The position numbers and the translations under genes were made by a program. Source: Phycisphaerae bacterium (GTDB lineage Bacteria; Planctomycetota; Phycisphaerae; Phycisphaerales; SM1A02). From it: 64,000 nt of DNA. This document shows positions 29,776-38,739 of the stretch, piece after piece. The stretch's first letter is position 1, and every line of letters begins with the position of its first letter. The notes under the pieces were generated by a model. It had not been told where the DNA came from. It saw nothing but the letters and a program-made list of their open reading frames with translations, and did no database searches. Where the stretch lies: positions 61,678 through 125,677 of the forward strand of contig VGXO01000001.1 of NCBI GenBank assembly GCA_016873275.1. The letters are read 5' to 3'.

Positions 29776-29934
29776 GCCGCCACCAGCGGACTGCGGCCAA
29801 CCCAGTTGGCGACCACGTGGACGGGAGAGGTCTCGGCCCAGTCGGTGGCGAAGTTCGAAGTTCGCGCGCACGACGCACAAGGACGGTGGCCACGAATCGG
29901 ACTCCGCCCGGCGGCCCGGACACGAGCCGATCGG
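29668..29934 (-). pseudogene. tyrosine recombinase C-terminal remnant (frameshifted)
   Basis: Hand translation: ...CASCARTSNFATDWAETSPVHVVANWVGRSPLVAAKHSLQTRDAHFAVAI.... It resembles the box II end of planctomycete-type integrases (LRaS..TeL....P.HVv..WlGhS..vA.kHYLQvtdeHF). The expected Tyr reads Ser, the frame breaks before the ...GEAEAQAAPVRATA stop, and there is no N-terminal part. Confidence 0.55.
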
Positions 29935-31308
29935 TCACTGATCGCCCAAGGAAGGGAGGCTGCCGCCCTCGTCGTCCACCGCTTCCCAGAAGGCCCGCTT
30001 GAGCCGGTGGCGGGACGCCAGTTCGGCGTCGAACGCTCGCTGGTCGGCGTTCAGTCCGGCGACCGGGGCCAGCGCCCGCATCCGGACGAGGTACCACGCG
30101 GCGTGTGCGTAGACCTTGCGGCGGCCATCCGCGAGGATCGACTCGAGCATCGCTCGGTAGAGGCGCCAACTCGCGCTCGGCGCGGCCGGCTCGAGACGCT
30201 TCGCAAGCCGCAGCAGCACGCCGTACTCGTGGCCGTCGAGTTCCGCGGCCCGCTCGGTGACCAGCTGTGCTGCCTCGTGCAGGGCGTCCGCCTCGAGCAG
30301 GAAGTCAAGCGCGACATGGACGTCGGGATGACGCGACGCCACACCGAGCGCCCGCTTCCGCCGCTCCGTCGCGCCGGTGTCCGGGCTCGAACGCGCCTCG
30401 ATGTCCGCAAGCGCCGCGAGGCTCGGTCGGCGACTGAACTCCTCCCACAGTGCTGCAGCGGCCTCGTCCAATCGCCCGAGCCGACGCAACGCCAACGAGC
30501 GCACCATCGCCGCACCATACGGCTCGTCGTGCGGCCGACTTGGATCACGATCCCGATGCGCTGCCACCGCGCGATCGATCCACGCGAGCGCCTCCTCGTG
30601 GCGGCCGGCCTCCATCAGTCGTCGTGCGATCGCGATGCCAAGGTGATGCGCCGGGCCGTCGAGGTTGCACAGGCGGATGAACTCGTCGACTTCCCCCAAG
30701 CCGTCCGCGATGTCGCGGAGATGGGTCGCGAGGCTCGATCGTGCGCTCAGCCGGCTGCTCGACTCGCGCGACCAGGAAGCCCGTTCCGCGGCGGTCAGCG
30801 GAGGAACGGCCGCGAGCTCGGCCTCGTAGCGGCGGCGCAGCGTGTGAAGCCCCTCGGGCCCGAGCGCGGCGACGAATCCTGCGATCATGTGGTCGGAGAT
30901 CGGGCTCGCGGCCTTCTCGACGCGACTGCGGACCATGGCAGCCAGCTTCTTCCGGTCCCGCGGTTCGATGCGGGCCCATGCCGCACCCCAGAGCCGGGTC
31001 GCCCTCGAGCACAGCGGATGGAACACGCCGCCCGAGTCGTCGATCCGTTCGGTCACCGGACCAGATGAGTTCACGATCCGCTTCAGCAGCGGCTCGGCCT
31101 CGGTGGCCCGACCCGCCTCGATCATCCGCTCGAGCTCATCGAGGCAGGGGGCGAGCATCGCCGCGAGTTCGGAGGCGACTCCGTACGGCCCGGGGCGCCG
31201 CCGTGCAGACGCGAAGACGGCTTCCACCGCCTCGTCGATCGGGATCGCCACACCGGTGTTCCTCGGCTTCCTCCTCAATGCCCGAGCTCCCGGCGAGCTT
31301 CGGGGCAC
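29935..31308 (-). CDS. hypothetical alpha-helical repeat protein
   Basis: 457-aa ORF with coding-like composition, immediately downstream of the ATPase. No family confidently recognised. Confidence 0.6.
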   Translation of the reverse strand: MPRSSPGARALRRKPRNTGVAIPIDEAVEAVFASARRRPGPYGVASELAAMLAPCLDELERMIEAGRATEAEPLLKRIVNSSGPVTERIDDSGGVFHPLCSRATRLWGAAWARIEPRDRKKLAAMVRSRVEKAASPISDHMIAGFVAALGPEGLHTLRRRYEAELAAVPPLTAAERASWSRESSSRLSARSSLATHLRDIADGLGEVDEFIRLCNLDGPAHHLGIAIARRLMEAGRHEEALAWIDRAVAAHRDRDPSRPHDEPYGAAMVRSLALRRLGRLDEAAAALWEEFSRRPSLAALADIEARSSPDTGATERRKRALGVASRHPDVHVALDFLLEADALHEAAQLVTERAAELDGHEYGVLLRLAKRLEPAAPSASWRLYRAMLESILADGRRKVYAHAAWYLVRMRALAPVAGLNADQRAFDAELASRHRLKRAFWEAVDDEGGSLPSLGDQ

Positions 31309-31333
31309 GGAACCGGAAGCCGCCTCCGCCCGC

Positions 31334-32677
31334 TCATGGCGACGCCAGCAGCCACTGGTGGGCCGCGATCACGCGTGTCTTGCGATGGGTCATCGAGCGA
31401 ACGAGGCCCGGGTCGAGGACGATCACGGCGCGTTCGGCCTTCGGATGCTCGTCGCCCCCGGCATCGAGAGCGCGAGTCTCGCGGCTCCACGTCGCCGGGT
31501 CCGACCCGTCGGCGCAGACCTGGATCAGTTCCTGCCGACCATCCGGGTGGCGTGCGAGGAAGTCGACCTCGAAGCCGTCCTTCGTCTTCACGTAGGCGAC
31601 TTCGGCGCCGCGCCGGGACAGCTCGTTGTAGACGGCGGTCTCTAGCGCGTGGCCGGTGTTCGATCGCCCGCTCGTGTCGAAGGCGTCGATCAGACCGGGA
31701 TCCGCGGGGTAGACCTTCCGTGGGTTCGTGTTTCGTCGGCGCTCCGAATCCGTGGCGACCGGCACCGCGGCGATGACGAAGGCGTCGATCAGGTGGTCCA
31801 GCAGCGCGTGAACCGTGTCCTTCGCCACGTTGTGGCCTTGCGAGCGAAGATCGTCGTGCAGCTTGTTGGCGCTGAGGCTGCCGCAAGGGTTCCGCAGTGC
31901 GTGTCGGATGATCCAGCGCAGTGCGGCGACCTGCGACACCGCATGCCGCTCGATCACGTCCCGGAAGAGCATGGTGTCGATGTAGCCCTGCAAGAGCGCG
32001 ATCCGGGTGGCGCGGTCGAGCGGCCGCTTGCCCGAACCTTGCGCTTCGGGAAACCCGCCCACCACGAGGTACTCGCGGAGGCGCTTTTCGACCGCGCTCC
32101 TCAATGCTGCCGTCAGTCGATCCGCACGCACCGTCGGCTCCTCGCCGCGGTGGCGGAGCGCCTCGCGGAAGCTGAAGGGCGCGATCACGGTGGGCATGGC
32201 GCGGCCGCGGAGGGAGCTGTGGATCTCGCGCGACAGCATGCGCGCAGACGACCCGGACACGACGATGTCGATCGACTCGGTGTCGAGCACGCGCCGGACG
32301 AAACGATCCCAGCCTTCCACCAGCTGGATCTCGTCGAGGAACCACGCGGCACGGCCCTTCCTTCCATCCTTGCCGCGGATCTCCGGGTGGCGGCGGAAGT
32401 ACTCCTCGAGGAGGGCGTCGAGATGGGACGCGTCGATCCCTGCGAGACGGTCGTCGTCAAAGCTCAGGTAGATCGATCGTTCCGGCGGACCGCTCTTGCG
32501 CCGCTCGGCAAGCAGCTGCCTGAGGAAGCACGTCTTTCCCGCGCGACGCATCCCGATCACGGCATGCGCCTTCCCCGGCACGGCGGGCGGGACGGCGTCG
32601 CGCCGCGTGAGGGTGGTGGCGGCAAGCGGCAGCAGCGCGTCGCTGAGCTTCTCCTGGAGCGCGTCGAGCAGGGGCAT
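31334..32677 (-). CDS. AAA+ ATPase of the AAA_14/DUF4143 type
   Basis: Trimmed to MPLLDALQEKL.... Contains GMRRAGKT (Walker A), AWFLDEIQLVEGW (Walker B) and VVSGSSARML...LRGRA...PFSFREAL, typical of this family. Confidence 0.85.
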   Translation of the reverse strand: MPLLDALQEKLSDALLPLAATTLTRRDAVPPAVPGKAHAVIGMRRAGKTCFLRQLLAERRKSGPPERSIYLSFDDDRLAGIDASHLDALLEEYFRRHPEIRGKDGRKGRAAWFLDEIQLVEGWDRFVRRVLDTESIDIVVSGSSARMLSREIHSSLRGRAMPTVIAPFSFREALRHRGEEPTVRADRLTAALRSAVEKRLREYLVVGGFPEAQGSGKRPLDRATRIALLQGYIDTMLFRDVIERHAVSQVAALRWIIRHALRNPCGSLSANKLHDDLRSQGHNVAKDTVHALLDHLIDAFVIAAVPVATDSERRRNTNPRKVYPADPGLIDAFDTSGRSNTGHALETAVYNELSRRGAEVAYVKTKDGFEVDFLARHPDGRQELIQVCADGSDPATWSRETRALDAGGDEHPKAERAVIVLDPGLVRSMTHRKTRVIAAHQWLLASP

Positions 32678-32692
32678 GTCGCAAGGGTAGTC

Positions 32693-32937
32693 CGAAACTG
32701 GCCGTCTGAGAAGGATAGATTGTAGAGAATCTGGCCGTCTGAGAAGGACAGATGGTTCCGGCTCACTGGCTCGACGCATCCCCGCGCCCACGGTGTCACC
32801 GCGTCACCGGTACCGAAACCGCCTCGCGTTCAGGCCGTTGCCCGGATGGGGGCTGCCTGCGCCTCGACCTCTCCCACGCGGGGCATGTCCCTGATCGCCA
32901 CCTCGAAGTGCGCGTTCGCCCTCCACTGCGGGCGCGG
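32693..32937. repeat. island junction module, copy 2
   Basis: Direct repeat of 29531..29775, offset 3162 bp. Confidence 0.8.
32698..32753. repeat. two direct 23-bp repeats, CTGGCCGTCTGAGAAGGA(T/C)AGAT, at 33-bp spacing
   Basis: Copies at 32698-32720 and 32731-32753. The nearer copy ends 20 nt upstream of the ATPase ATG at 32677. Confidence 0.85.
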
Positions 32938-33518
32938 GCACTGATCGATGATCCGCTGCACCACCTCGTGACGCACGCACACGGCGCGGTCGGGAGTCGA
33001 CTGCGGCCTGGCGCGCAGGTGCTCGAAGGGGTTCTCGGGGACGAGCTTCCAGCGCCGCGCGCGGCTGAAGATGCACTTGGCCACGTTGACGCGCTTCGCG
33101 ATCGTCGCCGCGGCAAGCGGCTTGCGCCGGTCGCCCTTCCCGGATGAACGATCCCTGTTGCCACATGCTGCGGAACCCCCGATCGAGGTACGTCCGTCGG
33201 CACGACCGGTGGTCGCCCGGGGCGCCCGCCCGCTCGCGCAGCGCGACCCACCCAGGAAGCCCCCACGTTGCCCCGTGTGCCCTCGGCCACACCCAGTCCG
33301 CCCGACGCCGGTCCCGCCGCCCCTGCGTTCCGTGTGGCACCAGTACGCGTCCGCCCGCCGCCCGCACCCTCCGTCCGGTCTTCCGCCTTCTGCGCGCGAT
33401 CGCGCCACTCGTCGAGACCCTCGGGATAGAGCCGGGGTTTCGAGTCCTCTCCGCCCCAAGGTCGTTTCCGGACCTTCCCCGTGCTCCTCTTCCGGAACAT
33501 CTTTTCCGGACCAGTCAT
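32830..33518 (-). pseudogene. tyrosine recombinase remnant: N-terminal/core-binding part fused to the extreme C-terminal tail
   Basis: ...PLAAATIAKRVNVAKCIFSRARRWKLVPENPFEHLRARPQSTPDRAVCVRHEVVQRIIDQCPRPQWRA joins directly to NAHFEVAIRDMPRVGEVEAQAAPIRATA. The whole catalytic domain is missing. The upstream N-terminal part is spread over three frames (MTGPEKMFRKRSTGKVRKRPWGG... in another frame). Confidence 0.5.
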
Positions 33519-33606
33519 CGATTCGGAACGGATGACTTCGTACGCTCGATCGCCGCGACGCCGATCAACCTGATCCATCCTTGGACGGTCTCTGCAGACC
33601 GACATC

Positions 33607-35424
33607 ATGAGCCACCCCACGACCCGACACGCCGCCCTCCTGCTCGCCGCCATCGCCGTCTCCGCGGCGAGTGCGCAGAACGCCCTCGACCACAACCTCC
33701 AGCGCGGACCTGGCGCCTCGCGGGTCAACCCCGCCGCCCGCCAGGCCGACCTCCGCTCCCAGAACGAGGACGTGACCGGCACGCTCGCGGGCGGGCGCAG
33801 CTTCCGCGGCCGGGTGGACTACCGACCGAGCGGCGACTTCTACGGGACGGTCGCCGCCGACTCGCTGCAGCGGCCGCTCGCCTTCAGCGCGTTCAGCTCG
33901 CCGTCCTTCTTCAACTCGCCGCTGCGGAACGACCAGTTCCGCGTGGCGGACAACCTCGGCTCGTTCACCTTCCGCCGCGAGTACGCGACGCTGCCCGTCA
34001 TCGAGAACGTCGGGCAGGCGTCGGCGCTCGTCGAGAACCAGATCCGCCTCGACCGCACCAATGCCGCGATGATCAGCGGCACGCTCTTCGGCACCGCGGT
34101 CTCCTCGACGAGCATCGGGCTCGTGCGCGACGCGGAGCGGGGCTCGGCGCTCGTCACCGCCTCGCCGCTGCAGGGCGTGCGGCGGAATCCGCTCTCCGAC
34201 CCGCTCCTCGCCGCGAACCTCTCGCCGCTCGACCGCGCGCGGGTGATGGACGACGCCCGCGAGGGAACGCTCCGCGCCTCCTCGGTGGGCACGCCCTTCC
34301 GCAGCGCCCTCGCCACGCCGAGGTCCTCGAGCGAGGTGACGCCGCCCGCGGGCATGCTGGTGCCGCCCGCCTCGACCGCCCTCGTCACGGGACAGGTCGA
34401 GGCGCCCCGCGTCGAGCCGACGCCGATCGACCGCGACGCCGCCTACGAGCGGATCGTCGAGCGGATCCTGGTCCAGTTCTCCGACCGCGATGACGTCCGG
34501 ATCACCGCCGACGAGCGGGTGCTCGACGTGGTGCGGACGCGGCTCGAGGAGCTCCGCCGCAACATCGACGGGACGCTGCCCTCGACCGACGGCTCCGGGA
34601 CGCGTCGCAGGGGCGATCCCGGCGACCTGATCATGCCGGGCATGCGCGAGGACGCCGCTCCGGCGAGACCGGGCATGCCCAGGCTGCCGGGAGAGCGCCT
34701 CCGCGAGGAGTACGCCCCGGCGGCGGCACCCGAGATGCGCGGCGGCGCCGCCGAGCTGCCGGGAATCGGCGAGCTCACCCGGGACCCGCTCGCCTCGCCC
34801 GCCCAGCAGCGCGAGCGCGACCGCATGGTGCCCGAGGAGCGGGTCCTCTCGATCGACGAGATGGCGACGATCCTGCGGCATGGTCGCCTCGTCGAGAGCC
34901 TCACCGAGGGCGACCGCACCCGCATCGCCGAGCTCATCGACCAGGGTCAGCAGCTGATCGCGAAGGGGGACTTCTTCCGCGCCGAGCGCCGCTTCGAGTC
35001 GGCGCTCCGGCTGCAGCCGGACCACCCGATGGCGTCGGTGGGGATCGCGAGCTCGCAGATCGGCGCGGGGCTCTACCTCTCCGCGGGGCTGACGCTGCGG
35101 AAGCTCTTCTCGACCTATCCCGAGATGATCGACGTCCGCTACGCCGACGACCTGCTTCCCTCGCGCGACCGGCTCGACGCGGTGAAGACGGTGTGCCGCG
35201 AGCGCATCGCGCTCGGTCGGGACGTCGCCGGCTACGCGCTCGTCCTCGCCTTCGTCGGTCACCAGACGAGCGACCGCGAGGCGGTGATCGAGGGACTCGA
35301 GGTGGTGCAGACCGAGGACGAGACCCGCGGGCTCGGCGAGCTCCTGTGGGCGATCTGGATGCCGAAGGACGACGCCGCGGAGGCTCCGTCGGAGGAGCCG
35401 GCCGCGGACCCCTCGTCGCCCTGA
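33607..35424 (+). CDS. hypothetical secreted protein with C-terminal TPR-like region
   Basis: Signal peptide MSHPTTRHAALLLAAIAVSAASAQNA. C-terminal ...LIAKGDFFRAERRFESALRLQPDHPMA... is TPR-like. Confidence 0.6.
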   Translation: MSHPTTRHAALLLAAIAVSAASAQNALDHNLQRGPGASRVNPAARQADLRSQNEDVTGTLAGGRSFRGRVDYRPSGDFYGTVAADSLQRPLAFSAFSSPSFFNSPLRNDQFRVADNLGSFTFRREYATLPVIENVGQASALVENQIRLDRTNAAMISGTLFGTAVSSTSIGLVRDAERGSALVTASPLQGVRRNPLSDPLLAANLSPLDRARVMDDAREGTLRASSVGTPFRSALATPRSSSEVTPPAGMLVPPASTALVTGQVEAPRVEPTPIDRDAAYERIVERILVQFSDRDDVRITADERVLDVVRTRLEELRRNIDGTLPSTDGSGTRRRGDPGDLIMPGMREDAAPARPGMPRLPGERLREEYAPAAAPEMRGGAAELPGIGELTRDPLASPAQQRERDRMVPEERVLSIDEMATILRHGRLVESLTEGDRTRIAELIDQGQQLIAKGDFFRAERRFESALRLQPDHPMASVGIASSQIGAGLYLSAGLTLRKLFSTYPEMIDVRYADDLLPSRDRLDAVKTVCRERIALGRDVAGYALVLAFVGHQTSDREAVIEGLEVVQTEDETRGLGELLWAIWMPKDDAAEAPSEEPAADPSSP

Positions 35425-35442
35425 GCGCCGGCGCTGCGGCGG

Positions 35443-36339
35443 CTACCGCCGCAGCGACTGCGGACCGGCGAGCCCGAGGGTCCGCTGGATGTCGCGGGTC
35501 GCGCGGCTTCGGTTGAGCGTGTAGAAGTGGATGCCCCGCACGCCCTGGTCGATCAGGTCGCGGCACTGCTCGGTCGCCCAATGGGTGCCCACTCGCGCGA
35601 CCGACTCCGGATCGTCGCGGCATCGGTCGAGCGCCCGCAGCAGCGGCGCCGGGAAGCGGGTGCCGCCGGCGAGGTCCGCCATCCGCCGCATGCCCGCGAG
35701 GCTCGTGATCGGCATGATCCCCGCGATGATCGGCACCCCGATGCCCGCGAGGCGGCAGCGGTCGCACCAGTCGAGGAAGACGCGGTTGTCGAAGAACATC
35801 TGCGAGCAGACGTAGTCCGCGCCCGCGTCGACCTTCGCCTTGAGGTGCTCGAGCTGGACGAGGGTGTTGGGCGTCTCGGGATGCCCCTCGGGGAATCCCG
35901 CGACGCCGATCCCGAAGCCGCCCGGCACGCCGAGGTCCGCGCGGCGGATCTCCGCGACGAGGTCGGCGGCGTGGCGGAAGTCGCCTGGCTCGAGCCGACC
36001 CTCCCGCGGCGGGTCGCCGCGGAGCGCGAGGAGGTTCGACACCCCCGCCTGCGCGTAGCGCTCGAGGATGGACCGCACCTCGTCGCGGCGGTGACCGAGG
36101 CAGGTGAGGTGCGGGATCGGCTCGAGCGAGGTCTCGCGGCGGAGGCGCACCACGAGGTCGTGGGTGCGGTCGCGGGTCGATCCGCCGGCGCCGTAGGTGA
36201 CCGAGACGAAGGACGGACGCAGGGACTCGAACTCTCGGATCGACTCGAAGAGCACGCTCCAGCCCGCGTCGTCCTTCGGGGGGAAGAACTCGTAGCTGAT
36301 GGTGACCGGATCGCGTCCGAGGATCTCGCGGATGTGCAT
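35443..36339 (-). CDS. metF: methylenetetrahydrofolate reductase
   Basis: Trimmed to MHIREILGRDPVTISYEFFPPK.... Contains ...VSVTYGAGGSTR...HLTC...LALRGDPP.... Confidence 0.93.
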   Translation of the reverse strand: MHIREILGRDPVTISYEFFPPKDDAGWSVLFESIREFESLRPSFVSVTYGAGGSTRDRTHDLVVRLRRETSLEPIPHLTCLGHRRDEVRSILERYAQAGVSNLLALRGDPPREGRLEPGDFRHAADLVAEIRRADLGVPGGFGIGVAGFPEGHPETPNTLVQLEHLKAKVDAGADYVCSQMFFDNRVFLDWCDRCRLAGIGVPIIAGIMPITSLAGMRRMADLAGGTRFPAPLLRALDRCRDDPESVARVGTHWATEQCRDLIDQGVRGIHFYTLNRSRATRDIQRTLGLAGPQSLRR

Positions 36340-36441
36340 GCGTCTCGTCCGATCGACCGACCTTCCTTCGACCAAGCACCCCGTGGCGCTGCAGTCGGCG
36401 TCGTCGGATCCGCGAGGATGCCCTGATAGACTCCCGCCCCC

Positions 36442-37116
36442 ATGGGGACTCGACCGCGGATCCCGCGCCCGACCGCCGCGCGGATGAGCCTCTACCTCCG
36501 CGACCTCGAGGTGCGGCTCGAGCAGGGCGAGCAGACCGTCCGGTCCCGCCAGCTCGGCGAAGCCCTGGGGCTCACCGACGCGCAGGTCCGCAAGGACCTC
36601 GCCCACTTCGGTCACCTTGGTCATCCCGGCATCGGCTACCCCATCCCCGATCTCCTCGCGAGGCTCCGCCGCCTCGCCGGCACCGACTCGGGATGGACCG
36701 CGGCGCTCGTCGGCGTCGGCAACATCGGGCGGGCGCTCCTCAGCTACCAGCGGTTCGAGGCGGAGGGGTTCCGCATCGTCGCCGCCTTCGACGAGGATCA
36801 CGCGAAGGTCGGCGGCATCATCGGCGGCGTGCGGATCCACGACCTCGCCGACCTTCCGGTGGTGGTCGCGCGGGAGGGAATCCGGCTCGGTCTCCTCGCG
36901 GTGCCTCCCCGCGCCGCGCAGGGGTGCGCCGACGCGATGGTCGCCGCCGGCATCCGGGGCATCCTGAACTTCGCCCCGCGGCGGCTCTCGCCCTCGCCGT
37001 CGACGATCGTGCATGAGGTCGACCTCAGCATGTCGCTCGTCCACCTCGCGCTCTCGGTCGCCCTCGCCGACGCGGAGTCCGCGTCGCCCTGCCTCCACGG
37101 GATCCTCCCGAGATGA
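36442..37116 (+). CDS. rex: redox-sensing transcriptional repressor Rex
   Basis: IPRPTAARMSLYLRDLE...LTDAQVRKDLAHFGHLGHPGIGY...ALVGVGNIGRALL (Rossmann fold). Confidence 0.9.
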   Translation: MGTRPRIPRPTAARMSLYLRDLEVRLEQGEQTVRSRQLGEALGLTDAQVRKDLAHFGHLGHPGIGYPIPDLLARLRRLAGTDSGWTAALVGVGNIGRALLSYQRFEAEGFRIVAAFDEDHAKVGGIIGGVRIHDLADLPVVVAREGIRLGLLAVPPRAAQGCADAMVAAGIRGILNFAPRRLSPSPSTIVHEVDLSMSLVHLALSVALADAESASPCLHGILPR

Positions 37117-37742
37117 GGCTCGCCCTCCTCGCTTCGACGCTCGCCCTCTCGCTCGGCGCCTGCAGCAAGGCGCGGATCCTCTCGCCGACTCCCGCCGACG
37201 AGCGCCGCGTCGAGGTCCGCGACCTCCGCGAGCAGGTCGAGGCGCTCGAGCGCCGCAACGCCGAGCTCGAGCGATCGCTCTCCGCGGAGGTCCGCGCCGA
37301 GGCGGGCGGCGATGCCGACGCCGAGGCGGCGAGACCGCGCCTCGTCGCCATCGAGCTCGGCTCCGCGAGCGGCGTGCGCCGCGACCGGCAGGATCCCGGG
37401 CGGGGAACCCTCGTCGTCTACCTCGAGACCCTCGATGGTCGTGGTCGGTTCCTGCAGGCGACGGGGAGGGCGAGCGTGACGGCGGTCTCCGTCGAGGTCG
37501 GTGCGCCGCCGCGCACCCTCGGCGAGCGGTCCTATTCTCCCGTCGAGTTCAGGGACGCCTGGCGGAGCGGGTTCATGGGCACGCACTACACCCTCGAGGT
37601 CCCGGTCGAGATCCCCGATGGCGCGCGGGAGTGCGCGGTGCTCGTCGAGCTGCGCGAGGCGTTCGGCGGCGGGATGTTCTCGCGCCTCCGCACCGTGCCG
37701 ATCGATCCGCCGGCGCCGGATCCCTCGGAGCCCGGGCGATGA
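37113..37742 (+). CDS. hypothetical lipoprotein
   Basis: MRLALLASTLALSLGAC lipobox. ATGA overlap with the rex stop. Confidence 0.6.
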   Translation: MRLALLASTLALSLGACSKARILSPTPADERRVEVRDLREQVEALERRNAELERSLSAEVRAEAGGDADAEAARPRLVAIELGSASGVRRDRQDPGRGTLVVYLETLDGRGRFLQATGRASVTAVSVEVGAPPRTLGERSYSPVEFRDAWRSGFMGTHYTLEVPVEIPDGARECAVLVELREAFGGGMFSRLRTVPIDPPAPDPSEPGR

Positions 37743-37975
37743 GCCGGATGTCGATCCGCCGCCGCGCCGCGATCGCCGCCGCATGCCTCGGCGCCGCGTG
37801 CCTCGGCGCCGCGGGCTGCCAGAAGGTGCTCTTCCCCAAGAACGAGCCGCGCTCGCAGTTCGAGGCGTATGACACGATGCGGCAGAGGTTCGTGCCGATG
37901 GAGGTGCCGGACGTCTTCGGCAAGCCTCAGCCGGCGCTGCGGGCGCGCCTGACCAATGGGACCAATCCTTCCTGA
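37739..37975 (+). CDS. small hypothetical lipoprotein
   Basis: MSRMSIRRRAAIAAACLGAACLGAAGC lipobox. ATGA overlap with the previous gene. Its 3' end overlaps the convergent recO by about 49 nt. Confidence 0.35.
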   Translation: MSRMSIRRRAAIAAACLGAACLGAAGCQKVLFPKNEPRSQFEAYDTMRQRFVPMEVPDVFGKPQPALRARLTNGTNPS

Positions 37976-38715
37976 TCGGCGCGGCGGGGAAGCCTCGGGA
38001 ACATCTGTCGCATCGTGAGCGGCTCCTCGCCGATCACCTCGCGGACGCACGCCGCGAGGAGCATCGCGGCGCGGGCGACGACCTCCCGCGGCGGCTCCGG
38101 CGGCTCCGACTCGTCGACGACCTCATCGCTCGTCGGCGCGTCGAGCGAGGCGAGGTACCGCAGCGTGTCTGGTCGCACCCGCCACGCGCCCGGCGCCTCC
38201 GTCCCGACCACGCCCTCCCGAGGATGGAACCACGACGGTCCGCCGCCCTCCGGTGCCTCGAATGGCGGCAGGAACCCGCTCGACGCGAGGAGGTCGCGCT
38301 GGTACCGCGCCGCCACCTCCTCGGCGGGAAGTCCCCGCTCGAGCGAGCGGAGCGCCGCGACCGCCGCGTCGAACGCCTCCGGATGCGGATCATGCGGCGC
38401 CATGAGGCGCCCAAGCAGGTCGGCGAGGTAGAAGCCGGCGCGGTTCGCCGCGAGGTCGCTGCGCAGCCGTGGAAATGACTCGAGCATCGCCCAGTCGGTG
38501 AGCGTCAGCAGCTCCGCGTCCGGTCGCCCGACCGCGAGCACCTCGCCGCGGGTCAGCAGGTCGAAGCCGCCGCCGAATCGACCCCGCTCGCGCCGGGCGC
38601 CCTTCGCGAGCCCGCGCACGAGCCCATGGGCGCGACCGAAGAGGCTCACCGTCTGGCTCGTCTCCGACCAGTCCCAATGTCGGATGCACAAGGCGTCGTC
38701 GGCGAGGCGAGGCAT
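37927..38715 (-). CDS. recO: DNA repair protein RecO
   Basis: MPRLADDALCIRHWDWSETSQTVSLFGRAHGLVRGLAKGARR... is the RecO OB-fold N-terminus. Confidence 0.9.
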   Translation of the reverse strand: MPRLADDALCIRHWDWSETSQTVSLFGRAHGLVRGLAKGARRERGRFGGGFDLLTRGEVLAVGRPDAELLTLTDWAMLESFPRLRSDLAANRAGFYLADLLGRLMAPHDPHPEAFDAAVAALRSLERGLPAEEVAARYQRDLLASSGFLPPFEAPEGGGPSWFHPREGVVGTEAPGAWRVRPDTLRYLASLDAPTSDEVVDESEPPEPPREVVARAAMLLAACVREVIGEEPLTMRQMFPRLPRRADQEGLVPLVRRARSAG

Positions 38716-38739
38716 CGCCGGGACGATAGCGTCGGAGGA

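Larger units (their letters stand above)
26880..33600. mobile_element. decayed integrative island (integrase remnants, repeated junction modules, TA/defence-type cargo)
   Basis: All genes are on the minus strand. There are two tyrosine-recombinase fragments, the same non-coding module in two long copies plus one short copy, and AT-richer intergenic stretches. Housekeeping genes (metG, metF) flank it. Confidence 0.5.

Noticed and set aside
36340-36441. Rex operator (TTGTGAA-N4-TTCACAA type) in the metF/rex divergent region
   Set aside because: I could not find a credible match by eye.
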